Source of the DNA: Azolla caroliniana
Lineage: Eukaryota > Plantae > Polypodiophyta
DNA length: 64,000 nt
Direction: 5' to 3'
NCBI GenBank assembly: GCA_043228905.1
Contig: JBHGNT010000009.1
Span: 10,230,001-10,294,000, forward strand
Below the pieces are notes generated by a model, which had not been told where the DNA came from, did not search any database, and worked only from the letters and a program-made list of their open reading frames with translations. Positions 48,367 to 61,656 of this stretch are shown one piece after another; the stretch's first letter is position 1; the number at the start of each line of letters is the position of its first letter. Made by a program: the position numbers and the translations under genes.

Positions 48367-50184
48367 GCCTTCTCGATATTCTGTTCGTACGGTAGCATTT
48401 ATGAGAAGTATTGAATAGAGACTTGTGTTTATTTTATTTTATTTGGGGGCTTTTTTCTTCTTCTTTTTGTTATTTATATATATATATCCTGTGAATATGA
48501 CAGACATTCAATTTTTCTCCTTTTTTGTCTGCCATAAACGTTCGTCCCATTCCAAGAGCTCACAATCTTACACAAAAACAGAACAAAAAGGACAGAAACA
48601 TAATAATTAGTAAATAATAAATAATAACACTATTGATGAGCTGGCAATTACACCCCATCAACAACTACACATACATACATGTTGATGTCACACATGATAT
48701 ACATGCATACATATGGTAGAGTAATGAAGAAGCATCTCTCTCTTAGGAACAAGAGCCTATAGGGACCATTTTCTTAGGGGTGATCAGTTTTACAGTCCGA
48801 TAAACTTTGTAATCATGCTTGTACAACATGAGACTTGCTCTCCTCCCATCTATATCCAATTATGTATGTAGGTTGTCATCCTTCTCATGGCTTAGCTTTA
48901 TTTATTAGCTCTATACCACTACAATGACTTTGTAAGAAAGCTTGTTGGATGTGTCAATGTAACACTTGCTTCTCTTCCCAACTATCCAATCTCTAAGATG
49001 CCAACCCCCCCGCCCCACCTCCCTCCTCAAATGCCATAACCAAACTTTATACCATGGCTCTCCTCCCAACCATTCACCATGTAACTACTCATTTCCCTAG
49101 GTTGCACAAATAATCTCAAGCCTCTATATACATGTAACATATATGTGTCGTTGTCGAATTGGACTATTGGAGTCTACCCTAATATATATGTACTCCCATA
49201 TTCATTCGGACCTCATCATTACAATTTAGGAGTTTAACTATTGAATGTTTTTACAAAATCTTAATTTCCCTTCCATGGAGAAGAGGTCCCTTCCCATTCT
49301 CCTTTTTATTCAATGTAATGGCTCTCTATCTCTCTCCTGCAGCATGCCTTCTCATTTCCTAAAACATGTACAAAGAAAAATGTGCAAATAAACGGAACAA
49401 AGATATGGCCACACAAGGATGAAGAAAGTCTAATGTGAGGATGTATGTGTAAACAAACACATGTAGAAAGTCCAAATAAAAGAAGATTTTATGGACTCCA
49501 AAACTCCCAACATCCACTGTGGGAGAAGGATCAATATATACTCGAATCCCATTATTAATCAAAAGGATTTTTTAAATGTATTATTATGTTCTCTTCTAAA
49601 TTAGTTCCATTACTCTTTTGTGCACAATCTAGAATACCTAGGCATACATTTGATTACCTTAAATGTAAGCATTCAAGATCCATAATGTAGTCATAACTTA
49701 TAAGCATACATGTCTACCATGTGCTTGCTTTTTTCTTATTGCATCCGAAGTTTTTCTACGATTTCGTCTTATCGGTATGCCTTTGAAAAGCCATTAGAAC
49801 TCATGTAACCATCCTTGCAATTTGACATTTATTGTCAGTTTGATCTTGGCAAGCCTAGTTGGTGGCGAACATTTACCTAAATTGAAAGATGTCATTACTT
49901 TAGTATTATTTCTTCATGGCAAGCCTATTGTAGCAACTAACTTTGAACATAGCCATCACAACTTCAAATATATATTTGTTCATCATAGATACCCTGGCCC
50001 ATGTGACAACCATGAAGAATAGTTGTTCCAACTTCAAATTTGGATGCATGTGAATAGTGCAAAAAACTTAAAATAGGACAAAAAGTTAATTGATCAAATA
50101 ATGGCAACACCCAAGTGGAGGGCAAAGAAATATTGAAGAATGAGACGAAAATGAAAAAGTATAGTTACTCTCTCTCTCTCTCTT

Positions 50185-51570
50185 CATAAAAGCACACAAT
50201 TATGTTAATTGTATGTAAAATCCACTTAGTTACAACACTTCTTAGTCTCCTCTACCTATAGGCTACAATATGCCTATGTATGGAGAGGGACGTCCTGTAA
50301 TGCCATTAAAAATCTTGAATATGCATTTGAGGAAATGATCCCCACATGCTCTAACATCCAAAAATTCCACATGAGAATACCTTTCAGCTTCTTTATATAG
50401 GCTTTCATCCCATGTCTATTATCAAACATGAAAGCATTACATATATTCCAATTGTGTTGTAGTCCCCAATAACGTAAAAGTTGGAACAATGTCTCCATCT
50501 CATCATTTGAACCATTTTGAACATATTGAGAAAAAACCCATTGTTGAGGTCTCAAACAACAACGGGTTAAAACTTCGCAAATGTTCGATAAGTACTTCCA
50601 AATGGTATACGCTATAGAACATTTAATGAACTTATGTGTACTATCCTCCAATGGAACGATGCAAAAGAAACAAGTGCCAGACCCTAGTCCTTGTCGCTTT
50701 AAGGCCAAACCTAATGGGAGCCCACCAATCCATATGAATACCTTTGTACGCAATGGTAGTTGGGAATCCCAACCACCTTGTAATATTTTCCACCACCTTG
50801 AATCTGACTTACATACATTCCACAACTTCTCTGCTTTAGGAAATAGCCAAGATAATGATGTCATTGCATGATGATACAATATATTTGTAGTGACCTGCAT
50901 CAAGCGTGTACCTCTTGTAACTGCCAATCCACACAAGGTGCAACATTTGTTTTCAATGGCAAAGATCCTTGCAACAATTGTATATCTTGTAATTTCTTTC
51001 AACTACATCTTCCAAATATACAATCCCCAATCGAAATAAACGATTGAATTGAGATCTCAACATCTCTTTCCCATGCCAAAACAACACTCGAGAAGAAACA
51101 AGAAATTCATTTTGTAATGAATTATAAGATTCTCGATCACTTGATGGTCCCCACTCAAAAAAAGATAATGCATCTTGCCATGATCTTACCAAATATTATC
51201 CACATATAGAATGTCGAATCTTTAGAGGAATACTTCCATTAAGTAATGACCACCAGGATGCTTGAATCTTTGTTTTCCTGTGCACCAATCTGTCATTCTC
51301 AATAAAATATTGCATCATAGATATCCATAGTTGATCTTGTTGACATATATCTCATAATAATGCAAAACTACTAGCCATCAAATGCATTTCCAAATCCAAT
51401 ATTGCTGCACCACCTAACCTTTTGGGAGTAGTCAAATGATCCCATGAAATCCATGTAACTCCCATCATTTCTCCCTTTCGCCATAACATGAGTCGAATAG
51501 GTTGTAACATGTTTTGTAATGCCTTCTTAGTCCAAGGTAGTAATGATAAAAAATATAATAACATGGGTAT
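50185..51570 (-). mobile_element. L1-like LINE ORF2 3' relic (zf-RVT)
   Basis: WISWDHLTTPKRLGGAAILDL and LPLRTKVFIW...CFFC...EDSTHKFIKC motifs; frameshifted. Confidence 0.85.
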
Positions 51571-53156
51571 TGTAAAGAATTGATGGTGATTCTTGTGTAG
51601 CGGAATAGATGTGCGTTATGTGCGTATATGTGTGAGAGAAAAAGAGAGGAGAGAAAAGAGAACTCAAGATAGATATATGAGAGGAAAATGGAATACTCAA
51701 GAAGAAGGTGTATATTTCACAAGTAGAATAAGATTTACAAAATGTAGCATAACAAGGAGTCACAACCGACTTAGAATGAAGTATGAGGAGGGTGCTTTAT
51801 ATAGAGCCACCCTCTCTCTTCATTAACTAACTACAACAACCACTCTCTCTCTTGGGGAATGTGAAGACTCATAGTCATGGGGAATATGTAACTCATTAGT
51901 TATGTGTCAGAGAATATGATTCTATGACACATAGTTAATGTGTAGAGAGTAGTGGTGTGACTCTTGACCTTTGAGTAATCATAGATTCTCAATAGGTGTG
52001 TTCACACGTTGCACTATGTTGAGCTTGATTCTCAACACGTCTCCTCAAGCTCAACTCGGGTCGGTTCCTCGGATGGTATCCGGTTCTTGCTTGTACTCCC
52101 CCTCAAGCTTGGCAAGTCACGGATCGTTAATCCAAGGTCTGACATGAATTGCCGAAGCCTGTCGGCTCCTAAGGCTTTGGTGAAGATGTCGGCCGTCTGA
52201 AGATTCGTGTTGATGTGTTGAAGGTCGACATCTCCGACCTGTACGCACTCTTGAATGAAGTGATAGTGCACTTCAATATGCTTTGTGCGTACGTGGAACA
52301 CCGGGTTTCGAGCTAGATATATACTGGTCATGTTGTCTCAGTAAATGGGAGTTAGATCCTTGATGGGGACGACCAGATCCTTCAAAATCCTCTTGAGCCA
52401 TACGGTTTCACATGACGTTACGGTTGCGCCCCTGTATTCGGCCTCCGTACTCGAAAGAGCTACGGTTGGTTGCTTCTTGCTACTCCATGAAATTGCTCAG
52501 CTGCCAAGGGAGAAGACAAAACCAGAGGTTGATTGTCGATCGGCTTTGTAGCCGGCCCAATCGGCATCCGTGTACCCTTCGAGTCGAATTGGTGTGGCCG
52601 ATGCATAGAGGATGCCGTAATCCATTGTGCCACTCACGTATCATAATACTCGCTTAGCACAATTGAAATGGATATCTCGTGGAGTTTGCATGAATTTAGT
52701 AAGGAGGCCAACTGAATAGTTGAGGTTGGGTTGAGTGATCGTGAGATAGATGAGGCTCCCGATCAGTTGTCGATATTGAGTCGGCTCGCACTCGTCTATG
52801 CCGAAGTCGGCATCTAGTTTGAGGTTTTGATCAAGAGGGGTTGACACAGATTTGCACTCTGTCATCTCGAACTTGTATAATAAGTTGAGAATGTCGTGCC
52901 GTTGAGAGATCATAATGCCGGTCAGAATCCAAATTACTTCGATGCCTAGGAAGTAATGAAGCTCCTTCATGTCTGTCATCTCGAATTTGTTGCAGAGGAG
53001 GGATTTCACCTTGTTGATGTCGACCAAATGCTCACCTGCAATAACTAGATCATCCACGTATAGGATGATGATAATCAGGCTTCTAGAGTCGTTTCGTACA
53101 TAGAGGGAGTTGTTGGATTTCGACATTCTAAAGCCGATTTGATGAAGATATTGTGT
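51571..53156 (-). mobile_element. Ty1/Copia D 3' portion (RT, RNase H, 3' LTR 51571-52037)
   Basis: LYVDDL RT motif; NPVFHVRTKHIEVHYHF and QTADIFTKAL RNase H motifs; LTR TGTTGAGAATC...TTCTTTACA. Confidence 0.9.
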
Positions 53157-56100
53157 TGTCGTGAAGAATTTCGGCTAGAGGCGGAAACCGGGAAATATTG
53201 GCTACATCGGCGGGGTGCACCATATGCACTCACCCTCGTATAATTGTGTGAATAATAGGAGTTAAGTCAGGCCGAAGAATCCCATGTAAATCGGGATTTA
53301 TCCCACATTGTAACGCATCCCTCTCCTTGTTCTATAAAAGGAAGGGATGGTCCCTTGTAGAAGGGTTGCCCATTTTGAGTCTTAAGGGTATACCGTTTGT
53401 GTTTCTTTCGAGGGTTAGCTACATTCTTTCTCTTCTTCGTTTCTTTCTTGCTCCTTCTCGAGGAGTCGAGCAGGAGCTATGACGGCAACCTGTTAGGTTA
53501 GTTTCTCTTCTTCTGTGCGTAGCCGGCTCGCGGCCGAGGTGGTATGCCCCCCCCCCCCCCGTTGTAGGTTGCTTCTGCTTGGCCCTGTGCAAGACCCCGC
53601 TCGGCGCGATGAGCTCGAGAGATCCCCAACGGTGGCTTGGTGGCAGACTGCCGTTGTGACCTAGCCTACCTCAGTTCGAGTTGGAGTAGGAGTTGTAACT
53701 CACTCTTGTAATCATATATATATATATACAAGGTTGTGCATATTCGTGTCTCTGTCAGTGTTGGGTGCTTTCCCTTCCCTGTGTTTCCTGTACATAAGAG
53801 GTGTGCGTTGTGTCGTGTTGCGCGCGTGTTCTCGCCCTCTCTTCCTCTCTCGTGTTTGGTAGCCACCGGTACACGTCCGGAATCGCTTTGGTTCGCGCCA
53901 CCACCAGCGCAGCCGGGACCGGAGAGAAGTCGGCTTCCTACGCTCCATCACTCCCTAGTCCAAGACCCCCGTGGTCCCGCCCCCTTCTATACGCAAGCGC
54001 GAAACTTCGCGACATCTTTGGTGAACCCGACGTGAAGGGCGGCAAGGGAGCATGGAGTCAGAAGATGATGATCTCACGGAGATGGTGGCCGAAGTGGTGT
54101 TGGAGTCTGCACGAGTGGTGATGAGGTGAGAAGCAGCGCAACAAGCGGTTGAGCGAGTGGTCGAAAGAGTCGGCCGTTTCAACGGGGACAAGGTCCCATT
54201 CTACTTGAAAGCCTACAACGCGGAAATGGAAGTGCGTGGCGTAGACGAGGCGTTGAGGCTGGAGTTCTTCTGTCAGGTCGTAGCTATCCGAATGCATGTG
54301 GAAGTAAAGGAGCTCCGTGAGGCTCATAGTTTGTGGGAGGCCTTCGAAGAGGCGCTCCTGAAGGCATACGGAGGGCGGCCGAAAGGCCGGGGAAGACGTG
54401 ACTTCGACCAATGGATATTGTCGGCGAAGACCCACCGGGGCGCAATGAAGGCGTTCCAAGAGTATGAGCGGCGGCTTGCTCGACTCCCGGAGCGGGAACA
54501 AGGTTTGGTGGGGGTGGAAAAAGTCCTGTTGTTCGTTAAGTCGATCGACTGAGCGGAATGGGAGGCCATCGGGATTGAGCTCGAAGACCAGGACGGAGCG
54601 AATGGCCTCACCAAGGACTGGTCGAAGGTCGGAAGGGTGTGTCAACGGTTAGATGATGAGTGAGCCGAGAAGGCTAAGAGGAAGGTGCGCGACGACGTGC
54701 CATCACAGCAGGAAGAGGCCGAATGGCAAAGAGAGTCGGCAAGGGTCGGCGTTGGGGCCAGGATTGCGGAGGCGTACGCAGCTCTCGAGGTGATGCTTGA
54801 GGAAGAGGAAAGATCGAGGCCGCAAGCCGAGACCGAGGAGACGGACATGCCCCACGTAATGGCAGAAGACAGGTACCCCGGTACCACGGGAGAGGGTGTG
54901 GAACATAACGCCCTCTCTACTTGTGGAGAATTGCCGACCGAGGACAAGGTCGGGAGCGGAAAAGAGCCCTCCACGCGGATCCCGGAGACTCCGGTGGTCG
55001 AGCCCGTGTGCCGACATGAGACCGAAGAGAAGGAAGGCGCTGACGAGGAGTCCTGACACGATGCCAGCGAAGAAGGATGGGAAACGGCCTGCGAGGAGGC
55101 CAAGGATGGAAGCGACACGGAATGATCGGCATTCCGATTCGGATGGAGCGTGATCCGGATGTGGATGACTCGACCGAAACCGGCCTAAGGCGTGAAAGAC
55201 CAGTGACGGGTTATAGAGCCCGATCGGTAGGGCTCGGTTCGGTACGATAGTGCCAGCGCGGAAGAGGGTGTGAAACAAATCGCCCTCTTTTACATGAGGA
55301 CACAAGCCGGCCAGGCGAAGGCTGCAGATCAGGAAGCTAATGATCGAGGTTGCGGAGAGAGACCGACGGGTTTTGGACACCGCTGCTCGAGACTCCGGAC
55401 ATTGGAGAATCAAGTGCAGGCGGCACTTGATCGATTGACGTCCAGATACTTCTCACCGAACGTGCTTGGGGAGCGGTACCCCGAACGAGCGTCCGCAAAT
55501 CATTACGGGACGGAAACACCACGTCTTATCCGGAGACTCAGGCAACCGGCAACGAGCGCCGGCGTGAGACCTGGAGAGATGGGAGATGGAGGCGGGTACG
55601 CGAGAAGGAGAGCAGCGACGAGTTCGGGAGGAGTACAAAGGATGAAGAGGAGAACAAAGACCGGTCCTACGGAGGTCCTCACACCGATACGGCTGTCGGC
55701 CCGAGTGCCGACGTGAGTCCTACAGGAGAGATCGATGGCGACAGGAGAACGAGACCCGGCAATCCAGAGAATGACGAACGAGAACCGGGCAGAGTGGACT
55801 TTCGGATAACCGTTCCAGGAGGGAGGAAGAGGAGGCCTAAGACGAGGCTGGGAACACGGTACGTCAATACCACGGGAGAGGGTGTGGAGCGAGCCACCCT
55901 CTCAGCTTGCGAAAGAATGATGACCTAGGATAAGGGTCAGAGATACGATGAGCCCGAGGAGGATCCTTCACACTGGATCCGGAGACTCCGGCGGTCGGCC
56001 TGAGAACCGGTGTGAGACCTAGAGTGACGATCGGTGGCGGTGAGGGGACGAAGGCAAAGAGCTGCGGGCGGGCAAACCGAGGTCCCACGAAGATCCTCAC

Positions 56101-57907
56101 ACCGACCCGGCGGTTGGCCCGAGAACCGGAGTCCGGTCCTATGGGACCCTCACACCGATCCGAAGACTCCATAGGAAAGGATGATGGCGGCAGGTGAATG
56201 TGTTCAGACGACGGAAAGCAGAGAAGGAAGGTATCAGGCCGGTGAAGCGGCTACAAACCAAATCGGACCGACGGGCAAGGTCACGGGAATAAGGGAGTCC
56301 GGTCCTACGGGATCCCCACACCAAACCAGAGACTCCGGCAGTTCAGCCAACGTGGCAACATGAGACCGAGAGAGAAGGTTGGTGGCGGCGGGAAACGAAA
56401 CCCGGCAAAACGAAGGCGGGAACTGGCTACGCGGAAGACACGAGGAGAGTCGCGGAGGACTCCGGCAAAAGACACCCGAATTTCGGCAAGCAGAGAAACG
56501 GAGTCCGGTCCTATGGGACCCTCACACCGATCCGAAGACTCTGGCAGCGGGCTAACAAGAGTCGGCATGAGACCTAGGGAGAAGGACGGTGGCCGTAGGG
56601 AACGGGACCCGACGACACGAGATAGCGGGTCGGGAGTCGGTAAGACAGGGGCGGATGAAGTGCGAAACCCTTATCGGCCGGTTACAGTTTCGGAAGAAGC
56701 CAGTAGGGGCAAACATGGGGAGGTGTGTCGGGCCGGAAAGGCACACCTGGGACGGAACTAGAGTCTCGCGAGTGGCCATCGTGGGCCGAAACGAAGCGTG
56801 ACTACGGGACGGTGTTCGGCACGGGCGGTGCCGAATAAAGGAAGCGGAAGACGGCACATGGGAGGTGCCGGAAACGAGGTGACGGGTGCATAGTGGACTG
56901 CACAGGGTTGGAGTGAAGGGATGACAAGGGAGTCCGGAGGAGGATCCTCCACACCTGCTTCGTAGATCTCAGCAAGACAATCAGAGTAATGATGACTGAC
57001 ACGGCAAGCCCGGGATAACAAATTGGTGGGGGCGAGGGGACGACGACAAGGTGAAAGACTTAGGACCTGTTGCAGCAGCGCAAGACGGAAAGGGCCAAGC
57101 AGGCTACTACGGGGTGTTCCTCGGATGCGGACGACACCGGTATGCAGATGAGCGGCAATCCACGATCTGGCCCGGAAAGGGGCCGACAAGGCATGCAAAG
57201 AACCAGAGTGCGGCACAGGCAGCGCCAAATGACGGACGAATGGTCAACGGAGGCCAAGTGGGCCACTACGGGCGTTCCTCAAGCGGAGGACATCGGGCAT
57301 ACAGCGGAGAGTGGGGTGTGCATGCGGCCGAACAAGGGCCAACGGAAGTACGCGTACTACGGAGATCACGACAAAGGACCCATTGACGGGTCAAACGAGC
57401 CTACGGGGAGGTAAGCGCGAACGAAGAATCGAAGCCGACGGTTCAAACCGGCAGCAAGACGAGATGCGGATGACGGAAGACCGGTTGCTCACTGGCCGAA
57501 ACCTCTCACCCTTCGCCGGATTTGGCACGTACCGGTGGACGTGCGGTTTGGTGGGGGCGGATGTCGTGAAGAATTTCGGCCAAAGGTGGAAACCGGGAAA
57601 TATTGGCTACATCGGCGGGGTGCACCATGTGCACTCACCCTCGTATAATTGTGTGAATAATAGGAGTTAAGTCGGGACGAAGAATCCCATGTAAATCGGG
57701 ATTTATCCCACATTGTAACGTATCCCTCTCCTTGTTCTATAAAGGAAGGGATGGTCCCTTGTAGAAGGGTTGCCCATTTTGAGTCTTAAGGGTATACCGT
57801 TTGTGTTTCTTTCGAGGGTTAGCTACATTCTTTCTCTTCTTTCGTTTCTTTCCTGCTCCTTCTCGAGGAGTCGAGTAGGAGCTATGACAGCAAGCTGTTA
57901 GGTTAGA
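53157..57907 (+). mobile_element. Non-autonomous Trp-primed LTR element Z (gag remnant only); 3' LTR truncated by the assembly gap
   Basis: 5' LTR 53157-54014 (TGTCG...CGACA); PBS TGGTGAACCCGACGTGAA at 54019-54036; gag N-terminus RFNGDKVPFYLKAYNAEM; PPT TTGGTGGGGGCGGA; 3' LTR from 57562. Confidence 0.9.
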
Positions 57908-58007
57908 NNNNNNNNNNNNNNNNNNNNNNNNNNNNNNNNNNNNNNNNNNNNNNNNNNNNNNNNNNNNNNNNNNNNNNNNNNNNNNNNNNNNNNNNNNNNN
58001 NNNNNNN
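57908..58007. other. Assembly gap (100 N)
   Basis: Run of exactly 100 N. Confidence 0.99.
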
Positions 58008-58029
58008 AAGGTGTATCAACGCAGAGTAC
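58008..58029 (+). other. Probable residual SMART/ultra-low-input amplification adapter
   Basis: AAGGTGTATCAACGCAGAGTAC at the contig start shares GTATCAACGCAGAGTAC (17 nt) with AAGCAGTGGTATCAACGCAGAGTAC. Confidence 0.8.
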
Positions 58030-58469
58030 GGACACACCAAGCGCGGACTAAGATGGAGCACGGATGATGAGGCTACGATGGAGCGATGACTGAATGACAC
58101 AAGAGCATAAAGATAGAGATGAAGATTAAGGAGATAAGATTGGGTGAAACGAGTATACTAGATTGATATGTCCATGATTGGCGTTGTTCACCTTGAATTC
58201 CTTCAAGGTGAACTCAACTATTTATACTAAGTGGCATGCATACCTGTTGCACGCATGTGATACAATAGAGCATGTAGGCAGTAGGTACGCATGCATGTGC
58301 CAAGTGTAAATAATACAAGGGAGAAATTATGCACATGATGCTAGCTAAAACCTACAATGAGGAAGTATATACATGATTATATGTTAGATGTGTGGTTAAC
58401 ACATAACACTCGATTATAACTTGGTCATGTCAAGAGTTCGAATCTTGACATAGAGTGGCAGCCTCCACG

Positions 58470-59690
58470 TTCGTTGTGAGATGTGCAATGCTTTTTAGGC
58501 TTCGCCAATTTCTACCGCAAGTTTATACAGGATTACTCAAAGCTTATTCTGCCTCTCACACAGCTTACCAAGAAGGACAGTTGTTTGTTTGGTCTAAAGA
58601 AGCGGACACGACTTTTGTGAGTCTTAAGAAAGCATTTACATCAACTCCTATTCTTGCTCATGTTGATCCGGAAAAATCGTTCATCATTGAGGCAGATGCG
58701 TTGGATTTCGCCCTAGGTAGCATTTTGTCACAACAAGGCGATGATGAAAACCTACATCTTGTGGCTTTCCACTCACGCAAGTTTAACGCCGCCAAAATCA
58801 ACTACGAAATACATGACAAGGAGCTATTAGCAATAGTGGACTTTTTTACACAATAAAGGCATTTTTTAGAGGGATCTTCTCATCAAGTCACCGTATTCAG
58901 TGATCACAAAAATCTTGCCTACTTCCAGAATGCTCGTGTATTAAATCGACGTCAAGCTCGGTTCCTCACTCGTTTTAACTTCAAAATTACATATTGTCTT
59001 GGGAAGCAGCAATGGAAGACAGATGCGTTATCACAATGCTCGTATCTAGCACCGTGTCCCGGTGGGCCAACATTCAATAATCAGAAGCAAGTAATCCTAG
59101 GACCGACATGACTGCAGGCAACATGGGTTTTCGATACACCATTGGATTCCCACATTATTGATACCATATGTGAAGACTAGAAGACAGACGCTTTTGCTCA
59201 AGCCATTCTAGCACAAATTGATCCCTCTCGAGCATATTGTTCACAGTTGCAACAACCACATATGGACTATCGACAATTAGAATATCATGATGGATTACTA
59301 TTCTTTAAGAAACTCTTGTATGTTCCTAATGGTTCTTGTTGCCTTCAAGTAGTCCAAAATTATCATGACACATATACAACGAGGCATTTCGGTAGTGCTA
59401 AAACGTTGGATTTAGTACAACGATCATTCTGGTGGCCTTATATGCGATGATTTGTCGAAGACTATGTTTGGACATGTGATACATGTTGTAGAGCAAAGAT
59501 GCCAAGACATTGTCCATATGGTTTATTGGAACCATTACCAATTCCAAGCAAGCCGTGACAATCCATTTCTCTAGATTTCATCACAGATCTTCCAGTTTCA
59601 AAGGGATTCAATGCGATCTTAATAGTAGTAGATCAATATACGAAGATGGTACATTTTCTGCCTTGTACTAAGGAAATCACTAGTGAAGAT
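58470..59690 (+). pseudogene. Ty3/Gypsy (chromovirus-type) RNase H-integrase relic
   Basis: [43 protein letters not shown] and [11 protein letters not shown] motifs, with stops. Confidence 0.88.
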
Positions 59691-59714
59691 AATGACCTCC
59701 CTGATAATATCATC

Positions 59715-59835
59715 AACGACCTCATTGGCTACCACTTTGGTTGATACTTATGCAAAATGTGGCTCAATCGAGAGAGCTAGACAGGTTTTTGATAAATTAC
59801 ATGTTAGAGATACAATCTCCTGGACTTCATTGATT
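59715..59835 (+). pseudogene. Single PLS-type PPR repeat fragment
   Basis: [35 protein letters not shown]. Confidence 0.8.
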
Positions 59836-59924
59836 GTGTTTGAAAGACTACCCAAAGAAGAGAATCACATGTTAGAGATACAATCTTTGTTAGCAGTTGG
59901 AGAGAATCACATCTTTGTCAGCAA

Positions 59925-60655
59925 TTGGAGAGATTGAAGTCAACCGATGAAGGTGGATATTTGAGTATTCCATGGCTTTGCCAAGCTATGGAAGAAGTGG
60001 TTCTTTCTACACATGGATATGTAGAGGCATTTATCCCCGATCTTCAACAGGCTCTTGTAGAAGGTGATTTCAAATGGTTAGATGAGTACTTAGATGACAA
60101 TGTTAAGCTTCTTGACATTTGCCGAACTCTCCGCAATGCCATCTCAGATATAAAAACCTACGATTCTTATGTTGATCTAGATATACATAACTTCTCACCA
60201 CATATAGTTGGTTATGAACCTCACCTGAGAAGATCTAAAAATTCTCTTCTTAGATGCATTGAGGCCTTAAAAAGGAAAGAAGAGGAGATGAATCAAATGG
60301 GTCAAAGAAGATCTAAGCTTGAGAATTGTAGCTCTATGTTGAGAAGAATGGGTGAGAAGTTACATATGGAAAATCTGAAGAAGCAGTTGAATGCTTTGAA
60401 AAGATGCAATCTAATGGTATCTTCCTTGATATTGTTACATTTATAAGCATTCTCAAAGCATGTTGCAACTCAGGATCAATCAATGAAGGCCAAGTAATGC
60501 ATTGTGAGGTTGAAAGAAGGGGTTTTCTCTGAAGAAGAAGAAATCTTTGAAGGACATCCATAATATCCTACATCGCCATGGATAGGAAGCTTCGAGAAGG
60601 TGTCGCTGGAGCTTTCTAGGTCAGTAGAGAGGTGTTGCCGTGTGAAGAGATGGTA
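59925..60655 (+). pseudogene. BPS1/ROH1-like (DUF793) gene fragment
   Basis: LSIPWLCQAM...WLDEYLDDNVKLLDIC motif; no N-terminus; frameshifted 3' part. Confidence 0.65.
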
Positions 60656-60849
60656 AATTGGGGGAGGAAATTCTTGATGATGATGGTGATGGTGGTGGTG
60701 GTGACGAGGCAGATGTCGAAGAGGAAGATGAGTATGGTGAAGATGATGATCAGGACGATGGATATGACGAACAGATGGGGATGTGGAGGGTCGAGGGGGA
60801 TATGATTTATGATGTATTTTGAGAAATAAAAGTGGTATAAATAAATTGG

Positions 60850-61049
60850 TCAAAATAGGTATATAGTGACATTATGGTAAATAAGTTTAGGTTTAAGGGT
60901 ATTTTGGTAAATATACCTTGTATATTTGAGTGTATATTTACTTTATAGAGTGTATTTTTTTGGACATAGGGGTAGTTTGGTAAATTTGGAACTTCCAGGG
61001 GCATTATGGTAAATAGACAAACTTCTAGGGGTATCCTAGTACTTTTCCC
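60850..61049. mobile_element. MULE-like terminal repeat (right end only)
   Basis: Repeated GGGTATTTTGGTAAAT-type motifs ending ...ACTTTTCCC, abutting a truncated Y LTR. Confidence 0.55.
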
Positions 61050-61656
61050 AAATATTTACAAATCCATGTAAATAAACTAGAACTTTACCATTGTATTAAC
61101 TTATCATAAGTGTTATAAATATAGATTTAATAGGCATAAGACTTTTATTGATGCCTACCTTTATTAAAAAGTAAATCATGCATTTTTTGAGTGCATGAAT
61201 ACTTTATTTACAAGAAAAATATAAACCAATAAAAAAATACTCGTGCACATCTAGCGTGCATGAGCACTAGATTTAGGAAATAAAAGTATAGTGGAAAAAG
61301 CAACTCATGCACATTTAGTGTGCATGAACACTTTAGAAAAAGGAAGAAGCTATGCTTAGTCTCTCCCATCCTTATATAAGGAGGAGAGAAAGATGTATAT
61401 GGTTGTTGATTATTTTGTAAGGATTGACCAATATATAATATATTCGTGGGATTCACGAATTTGTCATCTAAATTGTCTCTTACTATCTATATATTGATTA
61501 AATACACTAAACTCGTGGGATTCACGAGATTCATAACTTTCCTCTCTTTCTACCTATTCATTACTTGCCTTATCTCATATTCTTCTTTCTCCTAGTCCAA
61601 AACCTCAGTGATTCCCACCTGACTCACGCAACGATCCGGAGCCGAAAGGCACAACA
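61050..61656 (+). mobile_element. 5'-truncated Y-family LTR (solo or 3' LTR)
   Basis: Aligns to 32630-33226; ends CGAAAGGCACAACA; not followed by a PBS. Confidence 0.88.

Noticed and set aside
54685-57500. env-like or novel protein ORFs in Z
   Set aside because: Short, low-complexity GC-rich ORFs in all frames with no signal peptide, transmembrane segment or recognisable motif
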